The position numbers and the translations under genes are program-made. Shown here piece after piece: positions 1 to 19,346 of a stretch of DNA of 64,000 nt. Below the pieces are notes generated by a model, which was not told the origin of the DNA, made no database searches, and worked only from the letters and a program-made list of their open reading frames with translations. The DNA comes from Eledone cirrhosa (Eukaryota). Each line of letters starts with the position of its first letter. Position 1 is the first letter of the stretch. The stretch lies in the NCBI GenBank assembly GCA_964016885.1, contig OZ024754.1, forward strand, positions 1,984,001-2,048,000, written 5' to 3'.

Positions 1-92
1 TGGAATGATTAATGGCGATGTCGTATAGGAGTAACTGTCTCTCTTCCTCTCTTTGTCTTGTCTCTCTGTCTCTCTCTCTATCTATCTCTCTA

Positions 93-125
<33 letters not shown>

Positions 126-516
126 TTATTTACATATAATTATATTTATTTACACACACATATATATGCTTATATATGTATGTATGTATATATATATATA
201 CATACCTGACTGTGTGTTGGCTAATGCATGTATGTGTGTGTGTAGGAAGTGTTGAGTTTACGACAGTGAGCTCCATCTAAGTGAGATAGAACAGTGATTG
301 TTAGCCGATTCGATCCCACAATATTTACCTCTCTTGAGACATAGATCAAAGGTGATTTTTTATTGTTCTTAATTTCCCTACAGATCTGTGAAGGACAAAA
401 AGTGTAAGACTGATCATATGTCAACCAGAAATCAGCCCAAATAATCTACATCTTATCAATACAATCAAATATACTTCGAAGTTCAGGTGAACTCCTTTAA
501 ATATATATATATATAT

Positions 517-561
<45 letters not shown>

Positions 562-674
562 AGTAATGTATGTATGTATGTGTGTTTATGTGCACATGTG
601 TGTGCGTATACACATATGTAAGTATGGATATACATATATACAATATTGTGAGAGTGTGTGTGTTTGCATGTATG

Positions 675-719
<45 letters not shown>

Positions 720-1050
720 ACACACACTCATGTAGTTGTACATACATAATAATTAATAAGAAGAAATACTTAAATATATAATATATATTATTGTGTTTAC
801 AGTAGTCAGAACGTTCTAGAACATTATAATAATGTCAATGTTATTGCAAATACAACCGTAAATCTGTGATTCTGTTTCAAATACAATTATAAACAGTGTT
901 TGGCGTATTTCAACAGACTGTTGAATTATCAATGACACAAATACCCTTAATTTACAAGCAATAACATTTTGTAAGATTTTAAATACAATTAAACATTCAT
1001 CTACATAAATCGTCTATTATAATGTGTATACAAACACACACCCACACACA

Positions 1051-1092
<42 letters not shown>

Positions 1093-1098
<6 letters not shown>

Positions 1099-1252
1099 AC
1101 AGATTAAAGTTTAAGCAAAGAATCGCTGTTTTCACCCTTAACGGGATCTTCTGAAACTAAAACTTTTGCTCTACGGTTCTTATATATTTGATATATATTT
1201 ATCCTTATCGAGCTCTCTTTGGATTTTAGTCTTCAAATTTATTAATATTACT
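1093..1252 (+). mobile_element. (TA)n-inserted fold-back mini-element family A, copy 1 (Penelope-like/retrozyme candidate)
   Basis: Near-identical to 16548-16714, 18958-19149 and 53412-53578. Flanked by (TA)n on both sides. The inverted 5' arm reads CAGAAGA-TCCC-GTTAA-GGGT-GAAA on the minus strand (1130-1153), which is hammerhead-like. Confidence 0.7.
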
Positions 1253-2869
1253 ATATATATATATGGGTAAATATTTGCGATTTTTAATAACGGCATTATT
1301 TTCTCTTCCTTCTGCAAAGCTATTAGCGATGGTCTCAAAAACGTGAAATGGTTAAAACCTTAGATCGAGATATCGATATATTAATGATAAATAAGTTCCG
1401 TTAATAATTTAATAATTGTTATTCCTTTTAATATTCCTACAAGTATGATTTCAGTTTTTTAGACATAATGAAATGTGAATCAAATTAGAGTTGAAATACA
1501 TTTTTAATTAGTCTTCGTCTAGTTTGACTAATTTATATTTGGAAAAATGTTTAAATCTGGTGGATTAATTATCATTCCGACTAATACCATTCCTCTTTGC
1601 TGATATATATTATAATTGCACAGTTTTTTGGCCGCCTGTCAATTGACCATTGGAGGTTCTCAAAAACGTTTTAAATTATGAGATTTTATGTAATAAAAAG
1701 GAAAAATGCCCGGACAAGTGTACTAAACTTACTAAAGTGCAAGTATTTATACAAATAATCAGTGCTTCGTCAACGGCGAGGTTTCCTCTCTCTCTCCATC
1801 CATCTATCTATCTATCTATCTGTGACTTTCACTCTCTCTCTCTCTCTCTCTCCATCTATCTATCTATCTGTCTGTCTCTCTCACTTTCACTCTCTCCCTC
1901 TATCACTTTCACTCTTCCGCTCCTATGGTTGAGCGTTGTTCTTGTTTGGTTAAAAAACGTTCTTGATTGATTAAATATCGCATCAAAAGCTTTCATCTGA
2001 AAACACCCAGTCATTTTTGAGACCTTACATCTCAGACTACATTATCTAAAGTTTCCTCCACTTTAAGAGAATACAATATCATTTCACATATATTTGGCTG
2101 TTATTTCGAAAACCCTGGCGTCGGACAACTCGCGTCATAATTTGTTCGCTGAAAATTATTCTATGTTGCCTACCCCAGACCAGAAATGTTTGACCAGATG
2201 TATGATAAAAAACACTCTAATCTTGTTTTTTTTAGATATCTTTTCATATATCAGATACTCTCATTTTTTTTTCATTTTTTTTCTTTAGGCGATATCTGTG
2301 GGAGCTGTGGGTAATATTATAGACGCTACCTCGTTGGTTTTTGTTCATTAAGAGGTTAATGATTTTGTAATGGGCAAAAGAAGCCCCATATGCTGATCTC
2401 AAATGCAATATATACGTATTTTAGAATTAGCTTAAACTATATTCTAATAGGTATCTCAATGGCTTGGTCAGAACCAGATAGCAAAATCTCGCTAACTGAT
2501 CAGCCATTTCTTTTAAGGCAAACGCAAACTGTATATCCCACAGTAGCATTATATAATAAGTGAATTGTGAATCAAATTAACTTAGGTGTATGTATCGGCA
2601 TACATGGCTGTGTCTGTATATGTGTGTGCGTGCCTGTGTGTGTCTGTGTGCGTGCCTGTGTGTGTGTGTGTGTGTGCCTGTGTGTATGGGGACTAAAAAA
2701 ATGTCTAAGGAGTGATGTCAATGTTATGTCTCTCATAAATCAACATCTGATCGGAATCTTTACATAAACAAGAAATTAATGTTTATGGAACCTAGAGAAT
2801 ATCTAATGAAGTTACAACTGCTAATATCTGTATTGATAATGACATTTATACAGATGATCGTATTGACCA

Positions 2870-3225
2870 CGGTGATGATGGTGATGGCGGTGGTGATGGT
2901 GATGGTGGTGATGGTGATGATGATGGTGGTGGTGATGACGTTGATGGTCATAATGATGATCATAATGATGATGATGGTGATGATGATGGTGACGATGACG
3001 ACGTCGATGATGATGACGATGATGTTGATCATGATGACGCGATGGTCATAATGATGACGACGTTGATGATGATAATGGTGATGATGTTGATAATGATGCT
3101 GATGTTGATAATGATGCTGATGTTGATAATGATGCTGATGATGATGTTGATAATGATGTTGATAATGATGGTGATGATGACGATGGTGATGATGATGATG
3201 GTGATGATGATGGTGATGGTGTTGA
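2870..3225. repeat. (GAT/GGT)n trinucleotide low-complexity repeat
   Basis: Direct reading; source of the poly-M/V and poly-I/T ORFs. Confidence 0.9.
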
Positions 3226-3345
3226 TGTATATGGCGGGATGGTCCCGATGGTCATGCTGAAGTAAATAATACTATTCATGATTATGATGATAAAGTTGCT
3301 GAAGATAATGAATATGTTAACAACAACAACAACAACAGCAATAAT

Positions 3346-3410
3346 AATAATTGTTTCTACTTTTTGGCACAAGGCCAGCAATTATCTCAGTACATTACTG
3401 GTATTTTATT
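3346..3410 (-). mobile_element. SINE 3' fragment
   Basis: TTGTTTCTACTTTTTGGCACAAGGCCAGCAATTA...CAGTACATTACTGGTA is the reverse complement of the SINE tail. It sits at an (AAT)n tract. Confidence 0.8.
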
Positions 3411-5166
3411 TCTAATAATAATACATCTATTTATTTGCCAGAGGGGCACCCAGATAAGATTGCATTGCATCTGTCTAAGCAGCAGCCAAATCAACCAGCG
3501 TATTCTCTCGCTCTCTCTGTATACCACCCACTGTCTCTCTCTCACTCTCTCCCACAGAATGTCATATACACTTATGCACGTGGCAAAATAAGGGAGGGGT
3601 GAACTTAAGGTTGTATACATCAAGTACTTTCTTCCATAAGTAAATCTATTTAGTTTGTATTCGAAAATGTTGGATGAGTCTGAGATCGTTGGTAATTTTA
3701 TCTAAGTGAGTCTGCATAACAAATTGCTTATCTCACTTCAAATGCTTCTCTGTAAAACATATTTATACATGCTCTAGAGATATGAAAGCCATCCATCGAT
3801 TCAATTATTGGTCGATTTTAATACGCTGAGCAGCCAAATATGTAAACAGGTATAGATGTTGTTTATAAAGTAGTTTTTTTTTTTCCAATTCTATTAACCA
3901 GTATTGGCATCGTTACACTAAATCAAATAGAGATTTCCCCAAACCATTCTGAAGTAGATTTGTCAAATCACGCTTTCGTTCTAATATATCAACCAGCTAC
4001 AGAATATCAAGTTCCGTTTATTGAGAAAAAATATATGAAAAAAAAAAAATGAAACAAAAAAACAAACATGTCTTTTACTCTCGCTACTATAAAGAATGCA
4101 ACATTATGTTGTTTTTTGTTTGCACTTTAGAGGAAAACTTTGGTATTGGTGTATATATGTATATGTCCATCTCTATTTCTTTACCTCCCCCCTCGCTCGC
4201 TCTCTGTTGATTTCTGTGGTCTCTCTCTCTATCCCCTCTCTCTTTCTCTCTCTGTGCGTGTGTTGATATCTGTGTGTGTTCTATATAGATAAATAAAGTT
4301 ATCACTGTATTAATAAATAAATACATACATAATCAAATAGAGTATCAGTTTTTGGTATAAGTAAATAAATAATATAAATGGGATGAAGAGAGCGAGAGTA
4401 AATAAGAGGAAATATAAAACGCTCGGAATGTATGAAAAAAAGAATGAAATCTTTCTAAGAAAATTATTTTTCTCAAAGCTGAAAAATCTAAATGTAATTT
4501 GTTTTAATGTAAAAGGATTGCGTTACATTCAGAATCACGCACAGTTATATATAACCCTATACATGCACACACGAAAACATGTACAGAGACGACTATATAT
4601 ACATCTGTGCACGTACACATACAGACACATACACGCACACACACACACAGGCGCGCACACACACAGGCACACACACACGTACGGGCGCACACATACAAAC
4701 TTACATTTATATTTGCACACACACACATCGTAGTTTGTATTTTCTTATTTTACAAACCTAACAAAGAAAAAAATCAATACAAAATCAGAGTGCATATAAA
4801 TTACTGTAGCTGAAAAATCTTTAAAGGTTATCCAAGGTCCTAGAGTTTCGTGTCACAGAACTTGTTTAACAAATAATTGATCACTAAATGAAAAATATAT
4901 ATAATTTAAAAAAATAACAACAGACTGGAAAGCTTCATTTATGCTAATGCATCTTCCCATTAGTTGGCAGCTTAAGAACGAAGCACAGGTGGAGAATAGA
5001 TTTAGAGCCAACATATATGATGTTTAGATATGATAGAAGTGGGCTCATGTCGTACAAATAAACAGTCTCGGATATTATCTTACGGCCTTTAAGTCCCTTT
5101 CCAAAAGCCTTAATATTTGAGTTCAGATAAATGCTTGAACTTTATATATATATATATATATATATA

Positions 5167-5326
5167 ACAACCAGCGGTACAACAGGTCTTATTAGTTTTA
5201 CGCTTTATATTAGAAAGAGGAAAGTTCGACGTCTCGGTCTTAAGTCCTTCTTCAGGAGTACAATACAGAGACAGGATCACAATGGAGAAACAGAAAAATG
5301 GTCCAGTAAAGATAAAAAAATTGAAC
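5167..5326 (-). mobile_element. (TA)n-inserted mini-element with degenerate hammerhead (family D)
   Basis: Minus strand 5260-5224 reads TACTC-CTGAAGA-AGGAC-TTAA-GACC-GAGA-CG-TC, a hammerhead core with GAAA changed to GAGA and a GUC triplet. (TA)n on both sides. Confidence 0.6.
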
Positions 5327-5959
5327 ATATATATATATATATATATGCATGTATGTGTGTATTTATGTGTATATGCATATTTATGTGTGCATGTATATTG
5401 CCTGTAATTGTATATAAATAGTTGCATATAATTATATAAGTTTCCTTTTTTTTTTATTACACTTACTGCTACACAGGTCTAATCAAGTGTGATAAATTAT
5501 AACTGGAGCAGGCATAGGATGGTGGATGGTGGTAGTGCGTTCATCGGGTTTGTTGTTGATTGAATTAAAGGTGGATTTGTCTCGGGGGTAATGCTGTAGG
5601 TGATGATAAAGGGACTGCTGTTGATTATGTTAGTGTTCAAGATTGCTATGGTTATGATACAAGGGGTAATTGATTCCATCTTTTGTGGGAGTGGAATTGT
5701 TAATGATATGTTTGTAGTGGGTTCGTTTGTCCAGTAATAGATTAACATTGTGGTGACTGAAACATTAATTTTAACAAATTGTACCATTTTTGGTTTTATT
5801 GTATTTCTTCGTTATCTTAGTTGTTCCAATGTTAACCCTAAGTAAGCAGACTTTTAGTAAATATGTATCTGTGACTATTCTGTCTTTAACACTAAATAAT
5901 CCTAGGGTAGTGGATTAACAGTATCATTAACGAACAAATGATTAACAGTTTATATTTTC

Positions 5960-6135
5960 TCTCTTTAAATTCCTCGTTTCAATACCATTGAGAAGAACTT
6001 TGCCTTTCATGATTCTAACGTCGTTAAAATAAAGTACCAGTTAAGTACTCTGCTCAGTATAATTGTCTTTCTCTTTAACTATTCTTTCTCGTTAACGAAA
6101 TTACTGCCCTTCTACCAAAATTAGAATTCATTATT
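5960..6135 (+). mobile_element. Old, diverged SINE copy
   Basis: AACTTTGCCTTTCATGATTCTAACGTCGTTAAAATAAAGTACCAGT matches the SINE core with mismatches. Confidence 0.7.
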
Positions 6136-6147
6136 AAACATTGATTA

Positions 6148-6335
6148 GGGCGGTGGATTGGCAGTATCGGTAGAGGGTCGGACGCCATGCTTTCCAGCAT
6201 AGTTACGTCCCTTTACGATCTGAGTTCAAATCTCGCCGAGGTTGACTTTGCCTTTCATCCTTACGGGGTCGATAAAATAAAGTACCAGTAATGCACTGCG
6301 TAATTCCTGGCCTTGTGCCAAAAGTAGAAAATTAT
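6148..6335 (+). mobile_element. tRNA-derived SINE with Meta/MESC-like core (short subfamily)
   Basis: A box TGGCAGTATCGG, B box GAGTTCAAATC, core GCCTTTCATCCTTACGGGGTCGATAAAATAAAGTACCAG, tail CTGGCCTTGTGCCAAAAGTAGAAA. Many copies in the window. Confidence 0.9.
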
Positions 6336-8027
6336 TTCAACGAACCACCACATGGATGCTCTTTATGTCTTGGTAATATATAACACAAAGATAGTTCTCA
6401 CTATAGTAGCCATGATAGATGTAACAGTGGTAGTGAACGAGCTTGTGGTCACTTTGGATCGGATTTGTATTGTGAATCATGATAGTTATACTAGCGATGT
6501 CTGCCTGTTGTGATGTTGGTAGTCTTTTAGTAAAATTGGTAGCAACCGTGATCCTAATTCCGTTCCACGTGTTACGTTTCTGAAAGGCTTTTTAATTGTG
6601 GCTATGAAGAATTTGCTTGTGGTAAAAATGTGGTCAGTGACTATGGAAATTGTAGCTGTAGTCTCATATTAGTGATGACGATATTCACGGCAGTATTATT
6701 GTAATTACCAGTAGTGTGCAGACATCTATTTTATTTTAGTTCATACACTATAAATTGGTGTGCAGGCTGCAATAACAATAATAGCAGCGACGGCATATGT
6801 TTGTGGTAATAATGCATCATAGTAGCGGCGGCGGTGGTGGTGTCTATAATACTTGTCATATTGTTGTCGGTGGGGGATACTGAATAATAAACGTTAAAAT
6901 GCTGATTCATTTCGTAATGTTTGGTTTCCGATACAATCTCCTTCTATGAAAGTGGCACATGTAAATTCTATTACACGGACCATGATACGGCTTAAAGCCA
7001 GTCACAAGTAGAAAAAAAGGAAACAAGTTTACTTTCAGTTTTAGATCTTGAATTAGTGATGATATATTTGACAAGATGGACAAGGCATGTACCAAGTGTC
7101 CATTTATGTTTGCTCTTCCATCCAAAGGCTTCATCGATTTCCATTTTCATTCGCCTCCTTCCCCTTAGCCCCTTCTCTTCTCTCATTCTTCTCTTTTACC
7201 GCCGTCTCCGTATTCAGTTCATTATTATTATTTCTTCTTTTTCTTCTTCATCTCATTCTTATTCTCATCCTCCTCCTTGATTTCTTCGTCTTCCACCCTT
7301 CTACACTTCCACACACAAACACACACAAACACACATTCAGACATAAAATCGAGACTACTATGGCGGTGACGAGGACCGGTGGTCGGAAATGGTTGGAGAA
7401 TAATCAGCTGAAATAGATAGATATGATTGTGGTTTTATCATTTCTTTGCATCAATTTCTGTGGCGGCTAAACGGAATGAATTTTCACAAGAATAGGCAGA
7501 AACGACCAGATTTGGGAGGCGATTTTTCTGTAGAAATTCTAATCATTGACAGTGTCAGTAAATTATCCATTTTCAGTTATTGGGCGAATATAATGAAATT
7601 GTTGTGTGGAAGATCGTCAGAAAGAGTGATTACTTGTAGAAACCTGAAATTAAAACTAAGCTAAATAAATAAAGTGTCTTCTTCCCAGCAGTATTGGTGG
7701 AGAGGAGGTTGTCAGCAGTGGTGCTGCGGGTTGGGTGGTTGTAAACAACAAATTTAATTGACTGTTGTTGTTTGAAGTTCCTCATTTTTATTTGTAAATG
7801 TTTGTTGAAACTTTGCTGGATGTTAAGAAAATCTGATTAATAAGTAACACCACTTCTTCTCCTTCTCTTCCTTTGTCTCTTCTTCTTCTCTGCCACAGTT
7901 GATGACCTCTAAGAACTCTGCCGACAAGCCGAGTATAGTGAGATAGCGCATGCGTGAGTGAATGATAGCATAAGTGTGCTTCTTTCTGTATATTTTCATT
8001 CCCTCTCTACATACAGATTACATTTAA

Positions 8028-8280
8028 CCCTTTAACATTTAAACCGGCCGTATCCGGTCAGAATTCTCTCACTTCTTTCCGTTCAAACTGGTCGTAACTG
8101 GCTCTTATTGATGTTAAGGTATTGTTCTCAAAATAAATAATATCAAAATCTCATAGACTTGATATTATCTGAGGTTACCATGTGACCTTACCATGAAAAT
8201 ATAATAGTAAATATAGATTAATCTAATATAGATTAATGAAAATATAATAGTAAATATAGATTAATGTAAATGCTGAAGGG
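8028..8280. mobile_element. piggyBac-like MITE
   Basis: TTAA on both sides (8024-8027, 8281-8284). Termini CCCTTTAACATTTA and TAAATGCTGAAGGG form a 12/14 inverted match with CCC...GGG ends. Confidence 0.8.
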
Positions 8281-8469
8281 TTAAAGCAATATTGTAAATG
8301 GAAACCAAAGGAATGAAAACAAATATCCAATATACCATATACCTGGTACTATTAGTTCCTCCGGAGATTTTGATCTGAATATATGTCTCCAGTGACACAA
8401 CTGATTGTATTACCATTAAGTATATGTATATATGAATCCATATATATCCATTTATATGTATGTATGTAT

Positions 8470-10275
<1,806 letters not shown>

Positions 10276-10278
<3 letters not shown>

Positions 10279-10517
10279 AAATATTAAACAAATAATGAAT
10301 AAACAATTCCTTATATTAAACAAAAAAAGTTCATTATTATGTTTAATATAAGGAATTGTTTATTCATTATTTGTTTAATATTTTATCTTGACTCTGTATA
10401 CCGTTTATCTTTCACCGAAAGTGGTTTTTCATTACATCTCTTCTTTCCATGATATCCGGAATACATTGAGTTCTTCATACGGATTGGACACTACCGTAAA
10501 CTCTTGGTAGATTTATC

Positions 10518-10520
<3 letters not shown>
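10276..10520 (+). mobile_element. Fold-back mini-element embedded in the satellite
   Basis: Perfect ~47-bp inverted arms at 10276-10322 and 10340-10386, then a unique tail with ATTGAGTTCT (10465-10474) ending at (TA)n. Confidence 0.6.
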
Positions 10521-15470
<4,950 letters not shown>

Positions 15471-15542
15471 TAAATGGATATATATGGATTCATATATATA
15501 TATATATATATATACTTAATGGAATTTTTTCCATTGCTCATA

Positions 15543-15760
15543 ATTTTTCAATTGACTGCCATAAACCGGGGTTAGCTCCCTTTGGAGTAACATGTGCTTC
15601 ACACCGGGTTTGGGGTTAGAACGAAAGCCTGTTGAGAAAGTAAATCCTCTGTTCGATCTTCCAGAAGCCTAACTTGTATACACCACAAGCGGATTTTGTT
15701 GATTTCGGATTTACAGAAACCTCACTTAGATATTCAGTAATTTCGAAGTCATGGTCCAGG
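15543..15760 (+). mobile_element. Candidate hammerhead-variant mini-element
   Basis: TTTTTCAA-TTGACTG-[branched hairpin]-GAAA-GCCTG-TTGAGAAA, with complementary flanks. Lies between microsatellites. Confidence 0.35.
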
Positions 15761-15779
15761 TATGTCATATATACAGTTA

Positions 15780-15892
15780 TGTGCATATGTATGTATGTAT
15801 GTGCATATGTATGTATGTGCATATGTATGTATGTGCATATGTATGTATGTGCATATGTATGTATGTGCATATGTATGTATGTGCATATGTGC

Positions 15893-15923
<31 letters not shown>

Positions 15924-16070
15924 TGTATGTATGTATGTATGTATGTATGTATGTATGTATGTATGTATGTATGTATGTATGTATGTATGTATGTATGTAT
16001 GTATGTATGTATGTATGTATGTATGCATGCATGCATGCATGCATGCATGCATGCATGCATGTATGTATGT
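15780..16070. repeat. (TATG)n/(TGCA)n compound microsatellite
   Basis: Direct reading. Confidence 0.95.
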
Positions 16071-16301
16071 TTATTCTTATATGTATATATGTATGTGTGT
16101 GTGTGTATATCCTTTTCTCACTAGTCAGTTCTTTCGTTGCTACAGATCACGTTGCTGAATTAGCGGTCGCTATCTTCAATTTGCAAAGCCCTTTAAACTA
16201 TATGTTATTACTCTGAGGTCTATACCTTGTCGAGTACTTGGCTGCACTGCTGAAAGCATTCGTTGGCTTAGCTGCTGATCGAACTTCGAATAGACTGTAC
16301 T

Positions 16302-16351
<50 letters not shown>

Positions 16352-16506
16352 TATATGTGTATCCGTGTGTGTATATATATGATACATATATCCTAGCAAA
16401 GGCTTGTAGAATACACAAGCCAAAATCGCTTGACTCAGCGGTCAGATTTTTTCTTGTCTCTATACCCCGTCACCATCTTCCTATACTCTCTCTCTATTAT
16501 ACATAC

Positions 16507-16538
<32 letters not shown>

Positions 16539-16547
16539 TTATTTATT

Positions 16548-16714
16548 TATTAAAATAACAGATTAAAGTTTAAGCAAAGTTTAAGGATGAAAGCAGCGAT
16601 TCTTTGCTTAAACTTTAATTTGTTATTTTCATAAATATTTGCTCTACGGTTCTTATATACATTTATGCTTATCGAGCCCTCTTTAGATTTTAGTCTTCAA
16701 ATTTATTATTTTAC
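16548..16714 (+). mobile_element. Family A mini-element, copy 2
   Basis: Shorter inverted arm and the same tail (TTTGCTCTACGGTTC...TATCGAGCCCT...GTCTTCAAATTTATT). In (TA)n. Confidence 0.75.
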
Positions 16715-16727
16715 TATATATATATAT

Positions 16728-16890
16728 GTTTATCCCGGGTTCAGTCGGGGATAACCACAGTAGGTAAGGTACTCAATACATAATAGTAGAGTATAAATGT
16801 TTAATATAGAAATGGCTTCCACATGACTAGAACTGTTTCATTCCTCCGAAAGAACCAGTTCTAGTTCTGTAGAATCCATTTCTATATTGA

Positions 16891-16892
<2 letters not shown>
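16728..16892 (-). mobile_element. Family E fold-back mini-element, copy 1
   Basis: Reverse-complement homologue of 55494-55662. Inverted arms at about 16800-16835 and 16856-16892. In (TA)n. Confidence 0.7.
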
Positions 16893-16922
<30 letters not shown>

Positions 16923-16923
<1 letters not shown>

Positions 16924-17042
16924 ACGAAGGAAATGTGGTAAGGAACCAGGTGGACCATAACGCACCAAAGTACTCAATACTTTAGTCCAGAATTAGCCGT
17001 CGAAACGGCTTGAGCTCAGCCGTCGGGGTCTTACTGGTTCCT
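16923..17042 (-). mobile_element. Family F mini-element, copy 1
   Basis: Homologous to 44607-44745, 59033-59104 and 62476-62675. Carries the hairpin AGCCGT-CGAA-ACGGCT. In (TA)n. Confidence 0.75.
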
Positions 17043-17903
17043 ATATATATATGTGCGTGTGTGTCCATATGTGTATATGTTTGTGCGCTTTTCTATGATA
17101 TTTTGTGAGTGCCATTCTTTGTGGTGTGTGATGTGAAGCTCTGTTTGTATAGCCTTATTGAAGTATATTTAATTTAAGATAGGAAAGTAAGCCATCACGT
17201 TGATATGTTCAGGTGTGTTTCTATAGGTTCACAGTCAGCATTTCTTTGTTCAGTTATTAGGTGATCCGATTAAATTTGACTGATGTCAGTGATATTTTAA
17301 ACACGGTGATAGTGAAATAAATGTCAAAGGTATATAGAAACCAACAAAGCAAAATGTGAACAAAGACGACGAAGATACTTCTCCATATGATCTATGGATT
17401 CTGGGAAAAGATTTGCCAATTAAAATGGGGAGAAGTGAGTAAAATTTCATTTAAATATTGTCGTCAATGACATAACTAATTACGGAATATATATATCATT
17501 TTATTTCTCTTTTCATCAGTCCTTAATGACTCACATTCATTTTAGTTGCGCTATATTGTCAGTTAATGTGTAAATATATATATATATATAACAAACATGC
17601 GTCTGTTTAGGTATCCATATATGTTGGTATGTATGTATCCACCTCTGTGTATCCATCTCTTTCTCTCTCTGTCTGTCTCTCTATCTCTGTACACACATAT
17701 ATATATAACATCGTTTTGTAGATTGCTTGAAGCATTGTTGAATAGGAAACACAAATATATATACATATATATATATATATACGTACATACATGGTAGGAG
17801 CAAGAGAGATTTGTGTGTATGTGTGTATGTATATACATATTAGACATACATATATGTATATCCCCAACACACAAGCACACACGCACACACACACACGCAC
17901 ACG

Positions 17904-17953
<50 letters not shown>

Positions 17954-18272
17954 CTCTACTGCGATTGTTGAACGATGGTTAAAGTTAGATTTAAAGAAGC
18001 ATTGTTCAACTATCAAGTTAGCTCAATAGAATTGGAATTAGTGCAATGACTTGATATTAATACTAATCAGCTTCTGAATGGCTTGTTCTTGCAAATGCTT
18101 CGATGGGCTTCACACACAACACAATCCAATTAAACAAACACTGAGCAGATAAATTTGATTCCTAACTTATATTTCCCTGAAGACTACTGAATGAGAAACA
18201 AAATCATAACGAGAAACAAACAACAACAAGAATAACAACAACAACAACAACAACAACAATAATAATAATAAT

Positions 18273-18597
18273 CGACACGAGAGTGCAAGAGAAGGAGAGG
18301 GAGAAAATTAACCGATACCAGGACTTAAAGTGGGAGGTAAATAGGATTTGGAACTGCCATGAAGTCAAAGTGGTCCCGATTGCCATAGGCGCACTAGGTA
18401 CTATCTCAAAAAGTTTCCAAGGATGGTTAAAGAAAATTGGCCCCGCCCCGCTTTTTGGAACGCTTCAAAAGGCATGCTTGCTGGGAACAGCAAGAACCCT
18501 CCGATACGTCCTGAATATCTGAGGCTGCAGGTAGTGGCTTGATATTCATTTCAACAAACTTTCCAGTTAACTAACACCAATGAGATTCGAAGAACAA
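18273..18597 (+). mobile_element. 5'-truncated R4/Dong-like non-LTR retrotransposon (RLE C-terminus plus 3' UTR)
   Basis: ORF 18283-18522 reads EKINRYQDLKWEVNRIW..VVPIAIGALGTI...LQKACLLGTARTLRYVL, typical of R4/Dong C-termini. Flanked by (AAT)n, the known Dong target. Confidence 0.85.
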
Positions 18598-18626
18598 TAA
18601 TATTAATAATAATAATAATAATAATG

Positions 18627-18845
18627 ATTTCATTTATTGGCCACAAGGGCCGACATATAGTGGATAATACAAAAGACTGGGACAGTGGGATTTTACAGAA
18701 AAAATCGAGTAAACAATATGAATAACAATAACAAAGTAACAATAAAAATTCCCCAATAGGAGGGATGACCACCCAGGGTTCAAATTTACCCGCCTACAGG
18801 CGCATGACCAGAGTAGGCCCACCCAGACGGGCCATTCTTTCCTGG
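18627..18845 (-). mobile_element. Probable LINE (Tx1/L1-like) 3' end
   Basis: Minus strand ends a frame RMARLGGPTLVMRL*, followed by a GC-richer then T-rich UTR terminating at (ATT)n. The family assignment is from recollection only. Confidence 0.45.
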
Positions 18846-18957
18846 CACAAAAAAGACAATCTGCTATTGGTCACCAATATAAAATCAACCTACATTGACA
18901 TATTCACACAAATGTATATATATCTATGTATATATATATATATATATATATATTAAT

Positions 18958-19149
18958 TTATTAAAATAACAGATTAAAGTTTAAGCAAAGAATCGCTGCT
19001 TTCACCCTTCTGAAGATCCATGGTGACACCAGCGAAACTTTAATCTGTTATTTTAATAAATATTTGCTCTACGGTTCTTATATATTTGATATATATCTAT
19101 CCTTATCGAGGCCTCTTTCGATTTTAGTCATCAAATTTATTATTATTAC
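18958..19149 (+). mobile_element. Family A mini-element, copy 3
   Basis: Inverted arm, then forward CTGAAGA-TCCA-TGGT-GAC-ACCA-GC-GAAAC, then the family tail. Confidence 0.75.
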
Positions 19150-19165
19150 TATATATTATATATAT

Positions 19166-19346
19166 ATTAGAAATATATGCTATTGCCGTACTTTGACTAA
19201 AGAAATTAAAGAAATTATTTAGCCTGATAGTGGGGTTAAGAACTCATCTTTTTTCCTTTTCTCCGAGGGTTCTTAACCCCACTATCGGGCTAAATAATTT
19301 TTTTAATTCCTTTAGTCAAAATACAGCGATAGCTTATATTTCTAAT
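19166..19346. repeat. ~80-bp-arm inverted repeat next to (TA) (family G fold-back)
   Basis: Arms at 19166-19245 and 19267-19346 are complementary with scattered mismatches. Confidence 0.85.

Noticed and set aside
2779-3260. Met-rich or Asp-rich ORFs (superficially reflectin- or biomineral-like)
   Set aside because: (GAT)n repeat; no reflectin motif, and the Asp-rich frame shifts.
6148-6240. A and B boxes suggesting a tRNA gene
   Set aside because: No cloverleaf; this is the head of the multi-copy SINE.
15665-15759. Open 95-nt candidate exon (TTCCAG|...CCAG|GTATGT)
   Set aside because: No recognisable protein, and it lies in what looks like the tail of a mini-element; not supportable without RNA data.
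16165-16305. Minus-strand TTGAAGA-TAGC-GACC-GCTA partial core upstream of a GTCGAGTACT tail
   Set aside because: No GAAA half; counted only as a tail-motif instance.
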